Shown piece after piece: positions 14,867 through 28,900 of a stretch of 64,000 nt of DNA. A model generated the notes under the pieces. The model worked only from the letters and a program-made list of their open reading frames with translations, searched no databases and was not told where the DNA came from. The stretch comes from Azolla caroliniana (taxonomy: Eukaryota; Plantae; Polypodiophyta), in the NCBI GenBank assembly GCA_043228905.1, contig JBHGNT010000003.1, positions 13,454,001 to 13,518,000 of the forward strand, in the 5' to 3' direction. A program made the position numbers and the translations under genes. Each line of letters starts with the position of its first letter. The first letter of the stretch is position 1.

Positions 14867-15248
14867 AAAGATAGATTAGAGAGACAATAGAATACTCAAT
14901 GTTACCCGTAAGAATATATACGGGGAGGCATAAGGGTATGTGTAATGATGTGGTTGATGTGTATGTGTAAAGTAAATGAGTATGTGAGGATGAGTATGTG
15001 TGAGCACATGCACAATTATGTGCATGTGACAAGAATGTAATGGTCTTCTTTTTGTAACGGTCATATTATTAACCGTTACACTATGTACTATATAAACCCC
15101 TAATGGGGCATGTAATGGAATATACATTTTTCCCCTCTCACATTGTGTCATTTTAAATTTGTCTCTCTCTATCTCTCTCACTTTCATAACCCCCTTGGGA
15201 GGGGGGTGAAGCCATTCTAGGCTTCAACCCCCACCCCAACAACACTTT

Positions 15249-15266
15249 TGGCACGCTTGGTGGGAC
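15249..15266 (+). promoter_or_regulatory. Primer-binding site of element G, tRNA-Arg type
   Basis: TGGCACGCTTGGTGGGAC 4 nt after the 5' LTR; resembles the TGGCACGCC(C/A)GTGGGAC-type PBS of Tat/Ogre-group Gypsy elements. Confidence 0.75.
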
Positions 15267-17269
15267 CGACCTCCCTTGAGAAGAAGTCACGTCTCCCTCC
15301 CTTGCTCTCCCTCCCTTGCTCTCCCTCTCTATCACTAATCTCTCTCTGCGCGTTTGTGAATGTGTGTGTGTGTCTCTATCTCTCCTTAATTCTCATCTGC
15401 CTTGTTTTACTATTTGCGGGTATCTACAGTCATGGGGAAGGAGAAGATACATATCAACATTGTTGCTTTTGGCCATGGCTAACTCGTGGAAGTCCACAAC
15501 TAGCCATTTCACTTACAAGCTTGGGAACAATGACAAGCATGTTATTGAAAGTTTCACAACTTGTACTCTCCCAACCATTTCTACATCTATGGCGGTGGAA
15601 AGAGCCAAATCCGAGCAGAGAAGCAACTGCAGCAACATACCACTTTCCTGTCAGAATTGGTTTGAGAAGAGTTCCCTTCCTCTATTAGCTCTAAGCATAG
15701 GGAAGATAGGGACGCAAACTGCAGAAGTAGAAGAGGAAACTGAGGAAGAAGAAGAAACAAACGGGGAAGAAGAAGTAGAAGGGTACATAGGCGATGACAT
15801 GGCTACGACGGAGCTTTCTTTGGACATATGGCTAGGGTTCTTGAACCGCCTCTACTTCAAAATCTTTGAACCTTTACAAAAACCTTCAGATATGGCGGTC
15901 CCTCCTGTGCAGGCCAACACATTTACAACTTCCATGGCGACTTGCTTCCCATCCCCTATCATTCTCTTGGCTATCGCAAAGAAAGTCACGATGCTTAAAC
16001 TATCCACACAACCCATGCTCCTCACCACCATCACCATAGCTCGCTTAAGCTTCGTCCCTTCCATGCTTTTGCTCACAGCCCGCACAATGACCAAGTCCAT
16101 TGCTAAAGCTCACCATCGTCTAACAGGCCAGAATCATATCCTCGTCGTCCCTGCAGTATTTTGGCGATTTGTTTCTCTTCATCTCTCGTTCCTACGCCTC
16201 TGACATGGATCAAGATCGCTAGAGAGCTCGCTCTCCTCTACCACAGTCGTGATTTTCTTTGTTGGCTTCCTTCCACTTCCATCTCCACCTTTTCCATCTC
16301 GTGCTCTCTTCAATGGTAACAGTGATGAACTTGCTTGCTGGTCCGCCATCGCTACTGCAAAATGGTGATCTAGTGAACCTTCGAGAAACTCTTCATCGTC
16401 ATCAAATCTCCCTCCTTCTCTTTCTTCTGCTTTTATCTGCTTTTCTGTCTCCTGTGCAGCCTGAAAACAAGAGATGGATTCATCTAACCTTCTCAAGTCA
16501 AGTTTAAATGAATATCGATGAGGACTCTGTTCATCATGCACTCTAATCAAAGAGGGAAGGTCGTCATAGCCATGACCATTTGTATTGCATGTTTTCATCG
16601 ATAGTCAAGGATCTTAAAGGCTGCCTTATCTGTCTTTCTTGGATATGAGAATATGGAAGATGAAGATGAGGATGAATCTAGTGATGAGGAGGATGAAGAT
16701 CACAAACCATGTGTTGCGCTCCGTAGAGAAGTTGTTTTCTCGACTACACACATGCAATGAAAAGTTTGAGGTGAAACTAATGATGAGGAAGATATATTCT
16801 AAGAAGTTATATGTGTGTTCACTTCTTCACTTTGAGGCCTAAGCAATAGCGAGATATAGGGCCTGATATCCATCGCGGAGATATGAATTGTTGTCCATGG
16901 AGAGCAGCGCAATCATGGTGGCACGCCAATCTCCTGCCCTTACTCCAACACCACGAAATGCTACTACAATCTGCCAAACCCCAGTGAGAGAGACGGCCGA
17001 GGAATGAAGATCAATCAATTTCTGATGATCATTATTGGTATCCATCAAATGAAAGGACCACAACTGACGCTGTCGCCGCTGCTACCATTGCCGCCGCCGC
17101 CGCTGCCATCGCTGCCACAATCATTGCCACCTCCATGAGTGCCGCCGCTGCAATCAATGTCGCCGCCGCCATCGTTGCCGTTGCCGCCGCGCCGTTGCCA
17201 CTATCGTTGCCGCCGCCGTCGCTAGAAGTGAAAAGCGAGAATATAAATGGAAGCAAGAAGAGAGGGGCA

Positions 17270-17575
17270 TTCAAAAAATATGAGGGTAGATCGCAAAATT
17301 TCAAAAAATTGAGGGCAAAGAAGAAAATTTCAAGAACTCGAGGGCACGCACTTGAATTTCAAAAATTCAAGGGTAGAAGACAAATTTTCAAAAGCTTAAG
17401 GGCAGAGAAGATGAAATTTCAAAAGCTTAAGGGCATGAGATGAAATTTCAAAAGCTCAAGGGCATGACATGAGATTTCAAAATTTGGAGGGTAGAATGCA
17501 GAATTTCGAAAACACAAGGGCCGAAAATAAAATTTCAAAAAATTTGAGGGTAAAAATTTTAAAGACCAAAGGGTA
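17270..17575 (+). repeat. Degenerate ~30-bp tandem repeat (AAATTTCAAAA...AGGG) inside element G
   Basis: About ten imperfect units visible; similar units recur at ~46620-46730. Confidence 0.7.
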
Positions 17576-17851
17576 AAAAATACAAAACTCACTTCACATG
17601 ATGAAAGAAAAAATACACAAATGCACAACACGATTTCACGACCCATGCCACATCGAACTAGCCAATTGGTGTATGATCCAATCACGACTTGTGCTGACTG
17701 AACGAGAAGGTTCAAGTCAAGCTAAGCTCCGATCGAAGTTATCGATCGTAGAGCAGTGATCCAGTCGAGGGATTTCTGACCGTTGAGACGACCGATGCAG
17801 TTCCGGTCGAGAAGAGTTGCCATGGCGAGTGGGTTCACCGTGCAATGCACT

Positions 17852-17868
17852 GTCCCACAGGCGTGCCA
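17852..17868 (-). promoter_or_regulatory. Inverted PBS-like / tRNA-3'-end-like site at the PPT position of element G
   Basis: GTCCCACAGGCGTGCCA on + (TGGCACGCCTGTGGGAC on -), 2 nt before the 3' LTR; no polypurine tract present. Confidence 0.75.
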
Positions 17869-19439
17869 TGTGTTACCCGTAAGAATATATGGGGAGGCAT
17901 AAGGGTATGTGTAATGATGTGGTTGATGTGTATGTGTAAAGTAAATGAGTATGTGAGGATGAGTATGTGTGAGCACATGCACAATTATGTTCATGTGACA
18001 AGAATGTAACGGTCTTCTTTTTGTAACGGTCATATTATTAACCGTTACACTATGTACTATATAAACCCCTAATCGGGCATGTAATGGAATATACATTTTT
18101 CCCCTCTCACATTGTGTCATTTTAAATTTGTCTCTCTCTATAGCTCTCTCACTTTCGTAACCCCCTTGGGAGGGGGGCGAAGCCATTCTAGGCTTCACTC
18201 CCCACCCCAACAACACTCAAGAAGATGTATATTACAAAGGAGATTAATCGACCTAATTACAAAGTAGGAGGAGAATGCTTTATATAGTCACTCTCTCTCT
18301 TCATTAACTACTGAAGCTCATGGGTCATGGGGAACGTGAAAACTCATTAGTTATGTGTCATAGGATATGATTCTATGACACATAGTTAATGTGTAGATAA
18401 GAGTGGTGACTTTTGACCTTTGAGTGCACACTCTCAAGGGTTTGATTCTCAACATCAACAAACGGAAGAAGACACCCAAAGAATGAAGAGGCAATGGGTC
18501 GAGGAACAACAATCGCCGTCACACAGTGAAGTATTGGGATTACTAGAATTGCCACCGGCATCACATGAATTGGCAGTGATTCTACAGTTTGGCACATCTT
18601 ACGAACTTGTTGAATGGCTTGCCCAACGATTACAGTATGTGTCTGACATGCTCGCCCAAGAATACAAGGATCAAATTATGATTCAAAAGGCCGTGATTGG
18701 CATAGTTGTGCCCAAGGAACAATCAGAGTTAAATTGAATCAGTCGACAAAGAAATGCCAGGTCTAGGGGAGAGGAAATTTAGATGCCGCCATTGAACACG
18801 ACGCCGGTAGAAGTCCATGAGGAATATGCATGAACAAACAAGGCCGCAAAAGACATGGCGGAGGCATGCCAAAAAGCCACAACAGCACTTGATCGATTAA
18901 ATGATCAATACTCTAGTGCTAAAGAGGACAACACCAAACTGTGGGAAAGGCTCCGACAAGCGGAGGAAAAAGTAAAGGAGGCCGACGACCATATGCAATA
19001 TTAGAGATCTAGGTACTAAAGTAAGCGTAAGATAAGGATAAAGTAATGATAGATAGAAAGGAGAAAGAGAAAGAAGGGTGCCGATCCACCCGACCACCCC
19101 CGAGCGAAGGGATCGAGACGGACACGAGCCTCGATCGGCGTACTATACCACCGCCGTGGCATCGAGTCGTACCTGGTGCTGGCGCGCTCGCTACAAGAGT
19201 TGACCCACCACAAGAGCAGAGTCTCGATGTAGTCAAAAGATTCTCAAATGAGGGTAGTTAGGCCTCTTATTTATAGCGATACCCAAGGCCCCCAGGCAAG
19301 TTCACACTTGACCTAATGGGTTGTCTCAATCTCGAGGATTAAAAGTAATCCTCCCCTTCTTTACACTCTCGTTTAACCCTCACACTTATCCACGTGTATA
19401 GAATACTACGGTAAATTCTTACCACGGGATATTAAATGG

Positions 19440-22400
19440 TCATGCCCGTAACATACTCCCCTTCTTTAAAACATTGCACTCTTGCAATGGAAAGTTAGGG
19501 AAGTTTGTTCTTAGAGTATTCTCGCGTTCCCATGTGGCATCTTTGATAGATTTGTCCATCCATTTAATTTTAAATTCTCGGATTTCTTTAGTACGTAATT
19601 TTTTTGTTTTAACATCGAGAATTCTTTCTGGTACATGTGGTTTAGAAGATAATTCTTTAGAAGTAACCAGAGTTTCAGTTGTAACTTTATTGTCGCCAAA
19701 ACCTAGAAGTTCTTTTAGACGACTCACATGAAAGACTGGATGAATTCCCACACCATCAGGAAGAGCGAGACGATAGGCTGATGACCCAATGCGTTTGAGG
19801 ACTGTAAAAGGTCCACAAAACCGTGGGGCTAACTTAGCGCACTTACCCGTAGACAGTGTCTTAGAATTGTGAGGTACACGTAAAAATACCTTCTGTCCAA
19901 GGTTGAATACACGAGGTTGCCTATGATGGTCCGCATAAAAACGCGCTGTATCTTGAGCTGTTTTAATATTATCTCATGCAATATGCAACATATCTTGCAT
20001 ATCCTGAAGAAAGTTTTGCGTACTTCACAACTCAGCATGATGTATATTAACATCAATCGGGGCTCGTGGCTGAAAACCATACATCAACATAAAAGGACTA
20101 TATCCCGTCAACATATGCTTGGAGCTGTTATAAGCAAACTCCAAAATTGGGAGATAACGTTCCCATTTTGTTGGTTTTGCACCAACGTATGCTCGAAGCA
20201 TGTCCTCAATAATTTGATTGACTCGTTCTGTTTGTCCATCGGATTGAGGATGATCCGTGGAGCTCATGCTCAACGTAGTTTCTAACTTCTTAAAGACTTG
20301 CGTCCAGAAGTCACTAGTAAACTTTGGATCTCGATCACTCACGATATCCATCGGTAATCCATAAAAACGAAATAATTTGTCAACGAATTGGTAAGCCAAT
20401 TCAGGAGCTGTTACCGTGGTTTTAGTAGCAATAAATCTGGCCATTTTAGTTAGTCGATCAACGACAACCCAGATGGCATCATGACCTTTTTGGGTGCGAG
20501 GAAGGCTAACAATAAAATCCATGGATATACTTTCCCACTTATTATTGGGAATGTCCAAGGGATGTAAAAGTCCTGCGGCTTTAACTCGCTCGGCGTTGTT
20601 AACCTGACACTGGTGACATTTAGTCACATAGCTATGTATGTCAAGACGCATCTTAGGCCAATAAAATTGAGTGGAGATGAGAACGAGTGTACGATGTATT
20701 CCAGGGTGCCTTGCTGAGGGTGCATCATGGCATTAAAAAAGAATCCTCTTTTTGACCTCGGGTAAATCTGGAACACAAACCTTCCCATTACGGTAGAGCA
20801 AACCGTTAGCAATGTGGAAGTATTCCTTCGAGGATGTGGTGGTGTCTGTTCCAGACTCAACTCTTGCCCTAGTATTTTGCAAAATAACTGTCATCAGGAT
20901 ACTTTCCTCGAAGGTGATCATAAAGATCTGATGTCACGGATGCGACTTAGTGCATCAACGACAGTGTTCATGGAACCTTTACGATATCGTATGGAGAAAT
21001 CAAAGTCCTGGATGAGATCAGCCCATCGTGCCTTACGACCTTTTAGGTCTTGTTGGTCACAAAAATATTTCAAGGACTCGTGGTCTGTAGTTACCACAAA
21101 GCGATTTCCATAAAGATAATGGCGCCATGTTTTGAGCGCATGTATAACTGCAAATAATTCCTTTTCTTGAACGGTATACCGACATTGAGCAGAATCAAGT
21201 TTCTTACTCTCGAATGCTATTGGTTTACCATCTTGATACAAGACAACACCTATAGCATAATCGCTTGCATCGGTTTCAACCTCAAAAGGTTTTGAAGGAT
21301 CAGGTAAAAGAAGTGAAGGAGCCTTGCAAACCAGGTCCTTGAGTTCCTCAAAGGCGAGGTCTAGTGTAGCATTCCACACAATAGGTTTTGTAGACTTACG
21401 CGTTTGACCTTTTAAAAGATCAGTAAACGGCGTCGTCAATTGGGAGTAATTACGAAGAGACTTTCGCAAAAACCCGACAAAACCAAGGAATGATCGAACT
21501 TCTCGAATATTCCGAAGAGTGGGCCAAAGCTTGATTTTCTCAATGTGAGAAGGATCAATTTCAACTCCTCGTTCGGTTATGAGATGTCCTAGATAAGTAA
21601 TTGATTTCTTGAAGAACTCACATTTTGAGATCTTCGCATAAAACTGTTTGTCACGCAATGTTTGTAAAACAAAGCGGACATGTCTAGCATGTTCTTTTAA
21701 TGTACGGCTATAAACTAAAATATCATCCAAGAAAATAATGACAAATTTTCCAAGTTGTTCTCGGAAAATGTCATTCATTTCTTGTTGAAAAGTAGTCGGA
21801 GCATTGGTCAAACCAAAAGGCATAACCAAAAACTCGTAATGGCCATAGCGCGTACGAAATGCCGTTTTAGTAACATCGTCCTCACTTATTCGTATTTGAT
21901 GGTAGCTAGTACGGAGATCAAGTTTCGTAAAATACCGAGCTCCCTGGAGACGGTTAATTAGATCGTCAGCCCGAGGCAATGGGTACAAATTCCCTATCGT
22001 CACTTTATTCAAGCGTCGGTAATTAATACACATACGCCATGTGCCCTCTTTCTTTTTTACCAAGAGAACTGGTGCACCCCATGGAGATTTACTATAATGT
22101 ATATAACCCATTCGTAAATAGTCCTTGAGTTGCTTAGATACCTCATCTTCTTCGGATCGACTTAAGCGATACGGAGGTATACTTATTGGTGTAACACCAG
22201 GCACAATATCTATACGATGGTCTATATTACGTTTAGGAGGTAACCCATCAGGTAGTTCACTTGGAAAAACATCATGAAAATCATTTAAGATTTCATCAAG
22301 TTGTTGTTCAAAATATGTTAATTAAACCGAGACATTATCGATATTATTATAGAACAAGACAACTCAGATATTGATGGACATGAGGAAACAATCGAGAGGG

Positions 22401-23805
22401 ATTGTTTTTTTACACATTGAATAAAATGAGTACAGTCGTTCAGTAAAAATGTAATTGAATGATGAACCCAATCAATAGATAAAGAAGAGTTTTTATTATA
22501 AAACCAGGGATAACCCAGTATTACATCGGTGGTACAAAGATTCATTACATGGAAGTCTACTTCCTCTATATAAGTATCAATAGAAATTCCTAATGAATGA
22601 ATCGCCCCATTGATGTATTGTACTCTTCCATCAGCCAAGTGCACCGTGTAGGTGTGATCACTTACGGTGGGTTGGATTCCCCATATTTGAACCAAACGAT
22701 CATTCACAAAATTGTGTGAGCTTCCCGAATCAAATAAAAAGTGTACGGGAGATCCATTGATATACCCGTTTGCACGTAGTAAATCATTGGGACCCAATAC
22801 ATAGTGAGGGAAAGAACATTGACAATTACTTAAATGATGTGTATAGACCTGAAGGACATTAGGAATCTGACCTTTATGGTCTGCAACTTTAGCTTTGTTG
22901 TCGTGCTCTTTCCGTTGGAGCTTTCAACATTGATCTTTTGTATGACCCTTCTTTTTGCAAAATACGCAAAAAGGATGTTGTCGCTTACAATCGCGATCCA
23001 GGAATTCGTTGGGTGTCTTGCGTTTCCCAACAAATTGCGATTGCTTAGTCCTGGGCGCTTCGTTGGGTTTGTTGCGGTCCTTCTTCGAAGTGCGTTGATA
23101 GCAAAGAACTATTTCAACGGCCTCTTCGAAGGATTTTGGATCCTTATTGTGCACTATCTAGTGATAGTCCGAATTGGGGATGCCATTGACAAAACAAGCT
23201 ATCAACCAATTGTCCCCTTCTAGACCCGAGTTTTGGATTTGGGTTCTAGCATGGTGAACATAGTCTTCTAGCGAGGAAAATTTCCTGCTATAGAGGTTCA
23301 TTAAAGCTTGTGCTGCCTCGGTTCGAGAGGGAGGTTGCAGAAATTGGCCCTTAAAAACTGTGACAAAATCTGTCCAGGTATCGGGCAATTTCCCCGTTGT
23401 ACGGAGCCCACGCCACCAGGCGGCGGCCTTACCCCCGAGTTCTTGGCCGACATATGCAATCTTCGTACTATCTGGCGTGGGATAGAGCTCAAAATGAGAC
23501 TCCCATCGGCCCAGCCACGTGCAGATTGCTTCTTCGGTTCTTTCCTTTTTGTCTCCCGTAAATGGCTTAACGACAAACGATGGTTCACCCTGTCACTCAT
23601 CAGGTCTATTAGTCTCACATTGTAGACTAATGACATGTGCCTCGAGAGCACTTTGAGATTGCCGAAGTTCGGTCATCTGTTGAGCGGTGAAACTAAGGTA
23701 TTGGGTTATTTGTGCCAAATACACCTCAGTGGACATTTGTCCAGGAGGATTCCCTTGAGTTCCTTCCGCTTGAGCGAATGACATCGGGTCGTTAATTTGA
23801 GCCAT
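19440..23805 (-). pseudogene. gag-pol: Disrupted gag-pol of Gypsy B (gag, protease, RT, RNase H, integrase, chromodomain)
   Basis: Fragments nearly identical to ORF 27-3017; protease LFDSGSSHNF; CCHC knuckle CVFCKKKGHTKDQC; several stops, frameshifts and a small deletion near 20930. Confidence 0.93.
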
Positions 23806-25952
23806 TAAAGATTATTTCTGGAAAAGAAATAGGATAAGGTTAGAGAGATAGTCATAACATCATGTTGTGATGTAAACATATCATGGGCAAACATTAATCG
23901 ATATCATGATCTCACGTCAATACCCCTCTAGACGTATGAGATGAGGTTCAAGATCAGGTTACTATGGTGTTTTAAAAACCACGGGGGTGACAAATAAATG
24001 TCTTTCCCTGATCTCTATATCGATTTTTTCATGGTGGCTCCCCGAGGCTCAACCATGTATGTTCGCGTCATGAATAGGTTATACAAGAAAAAAATGTTAA
24101 CATAAACTATGTTTCGGTGCCCACATATGTGGTTTCGGCTCTTTAAGTTCTATTACGAGGACCCTGAGGTGCACTTAGACCTTAAGTCTAAACATGTGTT
24201 ATAGTCATATGTATCAAGGATGTTGTATAGTCTTGATCATATTTGAACTCGAGACCTCGAGAACAAATACATTAAACACTTGAGCCAACCAAGTAAGTTG
24301 TTCTTCTTGAATGCTTAATGTTTGATGCGTATAAGAGATATGCGAGGCATTTGATCATATATGTTTTTTTTAAAAGAACATATATGTCAAGGGTCCTTAT
24401 TTCGCCCTCATTTACCAAAACTATGTTGGTACGTTACCTAACCTCAAGTCTCATAATTACGATGGCATACGCCAAAGTGCAACCTAATGGTCAAGCCAAA
24501 TGAGCCATCGTTTCGTAGTAGGCCCACGTGGCCCATCACATGGTCACGTCATTACGAATGCCTCTCGTAAGAACGAGCTCATGGTGACATCGTATCCATG
24601 TAATGAGGGAGGGATGTTGGATACGTGTGTCATTGGAGCGACCTCACTTGAAGTGGGTCAAGCCCTACGTACTCAACATCATTATGGCTATAGGCGTTTC
24701 TTTACATAACGAAATCGAGGTCATCAACGGGGTTGTCAACAATCAAAAATTGTTGAAAAAGGGATGGTGACAACGCCATTCTCACAAAAATGTGAGGACG
24801 GCCACCAACATCCTTTTCCCGACAAGGATAACTTTCGATATAATCATGTAATAACGAATCTACACATATGTTTACTTATCACATATATACGATCAAATAC
24901 GTATATACGTGACCACATATGCCTATATTAAACATATCGTTATATTAAATAGCCACAAATGATGTGATCGAGATACGTAATCGAGGTATATACCTCTATG
25001 CACCGTCGCACACGAAACATCCACAAATAAGAGATCATCGTAATACGAAATTGAGGTATTGACCTCTTACGCATATGAGACCAAACACATATCCTTTACA
25101 ACAAATCAAGGTATTAAACTCATACGCAAACATAACATATGTTCGTGAACGTAATACGTAATTGAGGTATTAACCTCGTACGCATACGACACTCATCACA
25201 TATTATTTATATGTCAAACGAGGTATTGACCTCGTGCACATATGTAAACGTTTTAGATAATCAATTAAAGACCACTACAACATCATTGACTTAATGAAAA
25301 AAACATGACATATAAACTAAACACATGATTAGATGGGAGAAGAGAGAATAGAAAAAAAAATTACGGAAAGAGTTACCGAAGTTCTTTGTTGATCGTTGTC
25401 TGGATCAAGGCCGACCGCACATCGATCAATCACCATCAATCAAAAGACAAAAGACAAACAAAGAAACATTAGTGGGTAAAAGCATGCGAGTGGAAACACT
25501 ATTATAGCTAATTAGCTACTAAAATGGCCATAGCTAATTAGCTATTTGTTTAGCTAGTCTTTCTTGTGGGAAAATCAAATATTTGAAAAACTAATTTATG
25601 AAAAAAGTCAAATATTTGAACTTCTGTTTCAGACGTAGTGGAACTTGGGGAATATCACCATCATCTAAGGTCGACTTCAATGTCATCAATTTCCTGTTTA
25701 GCCTAAGTCTGATTTTGAACGCAGATGGAGTACTCAGAGCACGAACGCAGACGTAGCTCCCGCAACAGCAAAAAATCGACATTGCAGATTGAGAGCTACA
25801 ACACAGAACCCGCTCGATCATCGTCCAGGTATGTTTCAGTTACAGAAACCCCAAACATTTGTTTTTTCTTTTTGACTACTGTCTGAACTTTGGTGCCGAT
25901 TCATATTTCCCCAAAATCGAATAGGGCGAAGTCCTTGGAGTCCCATACAAGG

Positions 25953-28900
25953 ATGTCTCGCAAATCGGGGAGTAGCAACAGGTGTGTTTATATTACTTTT
26001 TTTGTGTTTAATCCTGTCTTTAGTGATTAGGGTTTGTGATTGAAATTTCTGATTAGGGTTTGTGATTGAAATTTCTGATTAGGGTTTTTGATTATAAATT
26101 TCTGATTAGAATTTCTGAATAGGGTTTCTGGTTACAAATTTTGATTACAAATTAGAATTTCTGAATAAGGTTTTTGTTTATAAATTTCTGCTTAGGATTT
26201 CTGATTAGGGTTTGTGATTGAAATTTTTTATTAGGGTTTCTGATTGAAATTTCTGATTAGGGATTTTGATTATAAATTTCTGATTAGAATTTCTGAATAA
26301 GGTTTCTGGTTACAAACTTCTGATTACAGATTTTGATTAGGGTTTCTGATTTCAAACTTCTGATTACAGATTTTGATTAGGGTTTCTGATTTCAAATTTC
26401 TGAATACAAATTATGATTAGGGTTTCTGATTTGCTAAGTTAAAGATTTTGCACCATTTTTGTTGTTGTTGATTGGGGTTTTTGATTCTCACATATTCTGA
26501 TTTTGCACTATTTCTGATTTCTGAAATGATATTTCAGATGGCTCGTTCCTCCGTATACGAGAGTGCTAAACTTCGCAAAATTTTGCGAGACAAAGGAGGA
26601 CTTCCACAACACCTATGGTCTGTCACTTGAGGGTGTTGACCCTGCTGTCCTAAGTGATAAATTGATCAGTGATATAGACTGGATGACAGTATATACAGTG
26701 CCTAGAGTCAAAGGCAAGGTCAAGCTGAAGCATGTACGAGCCGACTTGTACGATGACTGCATGAGACTGCACCAGAAAGTTCATCAGGAGATCCCAGTCA
26801 ACAATGAGTTGTCAGTTTCATTTGCTAGAGCATTTGCATATGAGTACTGCAAAACAGCGAAGGAATCTAGAGACCCTGAAATGTATAGGGTAGCTTGGGC
26901 AGTCTATGGTGAGGCATCGGTAAAAAGATGCCGAAAGATGGGGACCTTGGCACAAAAAATAGACAGATTTTGGAGCATGGCAGCTGTTGATGCAACTGCC
27001 GACTCCCAGCAAGACCGGGGGCATACACCACACCGACACCCAAGGAAAGCCAATGTCGATGATACAGGTGAGACATTGGTTAGCTATATGCTAAAAAATG
27101 TCCATGAAGCCTGTGAGACATTGGCATTTTTTAAGACTGATTTAGAGAAAGCCACAATGGCTTCTGCAATGGAGAGCAAAGTTACTTCTGTTGTTACAAC
27201 AATTAGAAATAAGATTCAGGTAACTATTGTTTTGCTGGTATGTGATTGTGTTATAAATAACGGGTAAAATGTGCTAATCAAGCATTATCTGGAATAGGTT
27301 GCGCAACAGGAGCTTGAATTAGAGGGGCCACTGGATCCCCAGCGTAAAATAGAACTGCAAATAGAGATCCAGGTTCTTTCAATGAACCTGGACCTTCTAG
27401 GTGTAAATACTGTTGCAGATTACAATTTGGATAAGCTTCAAGTAAGTTAACGATTCCTGAGCAAAGTTGGTGTATCTTTCAACAACAAGAATAATTAATC
27501 GGTAAATTTCTCTGTTGCGTTGAAGGAACAATACATTCATCAAGAACAGGTAGTTAGCTGGCTTAAGAAGAAGCTACATTTTGTGGAGGGAATGGTAAGG
27601 ACCAGACAGGATTTGGACCTGAACATTCTTGCTCCCTTACCAAATGAAGTAGAACCAGAAAATGATTTATTGACAGTTCAAGCACGTTGCATCGCTTGCG
27701 GGTTAGGTGTGGAGGACAAAACTGCGTCTTTGTTGGTTCACCTACAACCATGCAACCACACATACCATCTGCTTTGTTTTCAACATGCCTGTCGAATTGC
27801 TGCATTCTATTTGGGAGATTGCAGTACAACTCTACCAAATGAGTGGAGAAAACAAACAGGTATGCCATACTGTAGCTAATAAGCTTAGTCTTTTCTAATT
27901 AGCTATCCTACTAGCTAATTAGCTACTGGCAGCTAATGAGCTACTAGCTAATTAGCTATCCTAGTAGCTAATTAGCTATGGTACTAGCTAATTAGCTAGT
28001 ACCATAGTTGTGTAAAAAAGCTAAATAGCTATCCTACTAGCTAATTAGCCACTGGCAACTAATTAGCTATCCTAGTAACTAATTAGCTACTGCCATAGTT
28101 GTGTAAAGTAGCTAATAAGCTATCCTAGTAGCTAGTTAGCTATGGTACTAGCTAATTAGCTAGTACCATAGTTGTGTAAAAAAGCTAATTAGCTATCCTA
28201 CTAGCTAATTAGCTACTGGCAACTAATTAGCTATCCTACTAGCTAATTAGCTATCCTACTAGCTAATTAGCTACTGACATAGTTGTGTAAAGTAGCTAAT
28301 AAGCTATCCTAGTAGCTAGTTAGCTATGGTACTAGCTAATTAGCTAGTACCATAGTTGTGTAAAAAAGCTAATTAGCTATCCTACTAGCTAATTAGCTAC
28401 TGGCAACTAATTAGCTATCCTACTAGCTAATTAGCTATCCTACTAGCTAATTAGCTATCATAATAGCTAATTAGCTACTGACATAGTTGTGTAAAGTAGC
28501 TAATAAGCTATCCTAGTAGCTAATTAGCTACTGGCAGCTAATTAGCTATCCTAGTAGCTAATTAGCTACTGGCAGCTAATTAGTTGTCCTAGTAGCTAAT
28601 AAGCTATCCTAGCTACTACATAGTTGAGAAAGTAGCTAATTAGCTTTCATTGTAGCTAATTAGCTATCCTAGCTACCACCATAGTTAGTAAAGTAGCTAA
28701 TTAGCTATCCTAGCTACTACCATAGTTAGTAAAGTAGCTAATTAGCTATCCTAGCTACTACCATAGTTGAGTAAAGTAGCTAATTAGCTACCATAGTAGC
28801 TAATTAGCTATCCTAGCTACTACTATAGTTGTGTAAAGTAGCTAATAAGCTATCCTACTAGCTAATTAGCTATCCTAGTAGGTAATTAGCTATGGTACTA

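Larger units (their letters stand above)
14900..18215 (+). mobile_element. Non-autonomous LTR retroelement G (3.3 kb, no gag/pol) inserted in the 5' LTR of Copia D
   Basis: 345-bp direct LTRs 14900-15244 and 17871-18215 (TG...CA); TSD CTCAA (14895-14899, 18216-18220); TATA CTATATAAA on + strand; no retroelement protein motif in the internal ORFs. Confidence 0.92.
9972..18454 (-). mobile_element. Full-length but degenerate Ty1/Copia element D
   Basis: TSD TCAAC (9967-9971, 18455-18459); 3' LTR 9972-10358; 5' LTR 14743-14899 plus 18221-18454; PBS-Met 14742-14731; PPT next to 10359; gag, protease, integrase, RT and RNase H fragments. Confidence 0.93.

Noticed and set aside
26020-26430. Interstitial telomere
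   Set aside because: TTAGGG occurs singly within longer units, not as contiguous (TTTAGGG)n.
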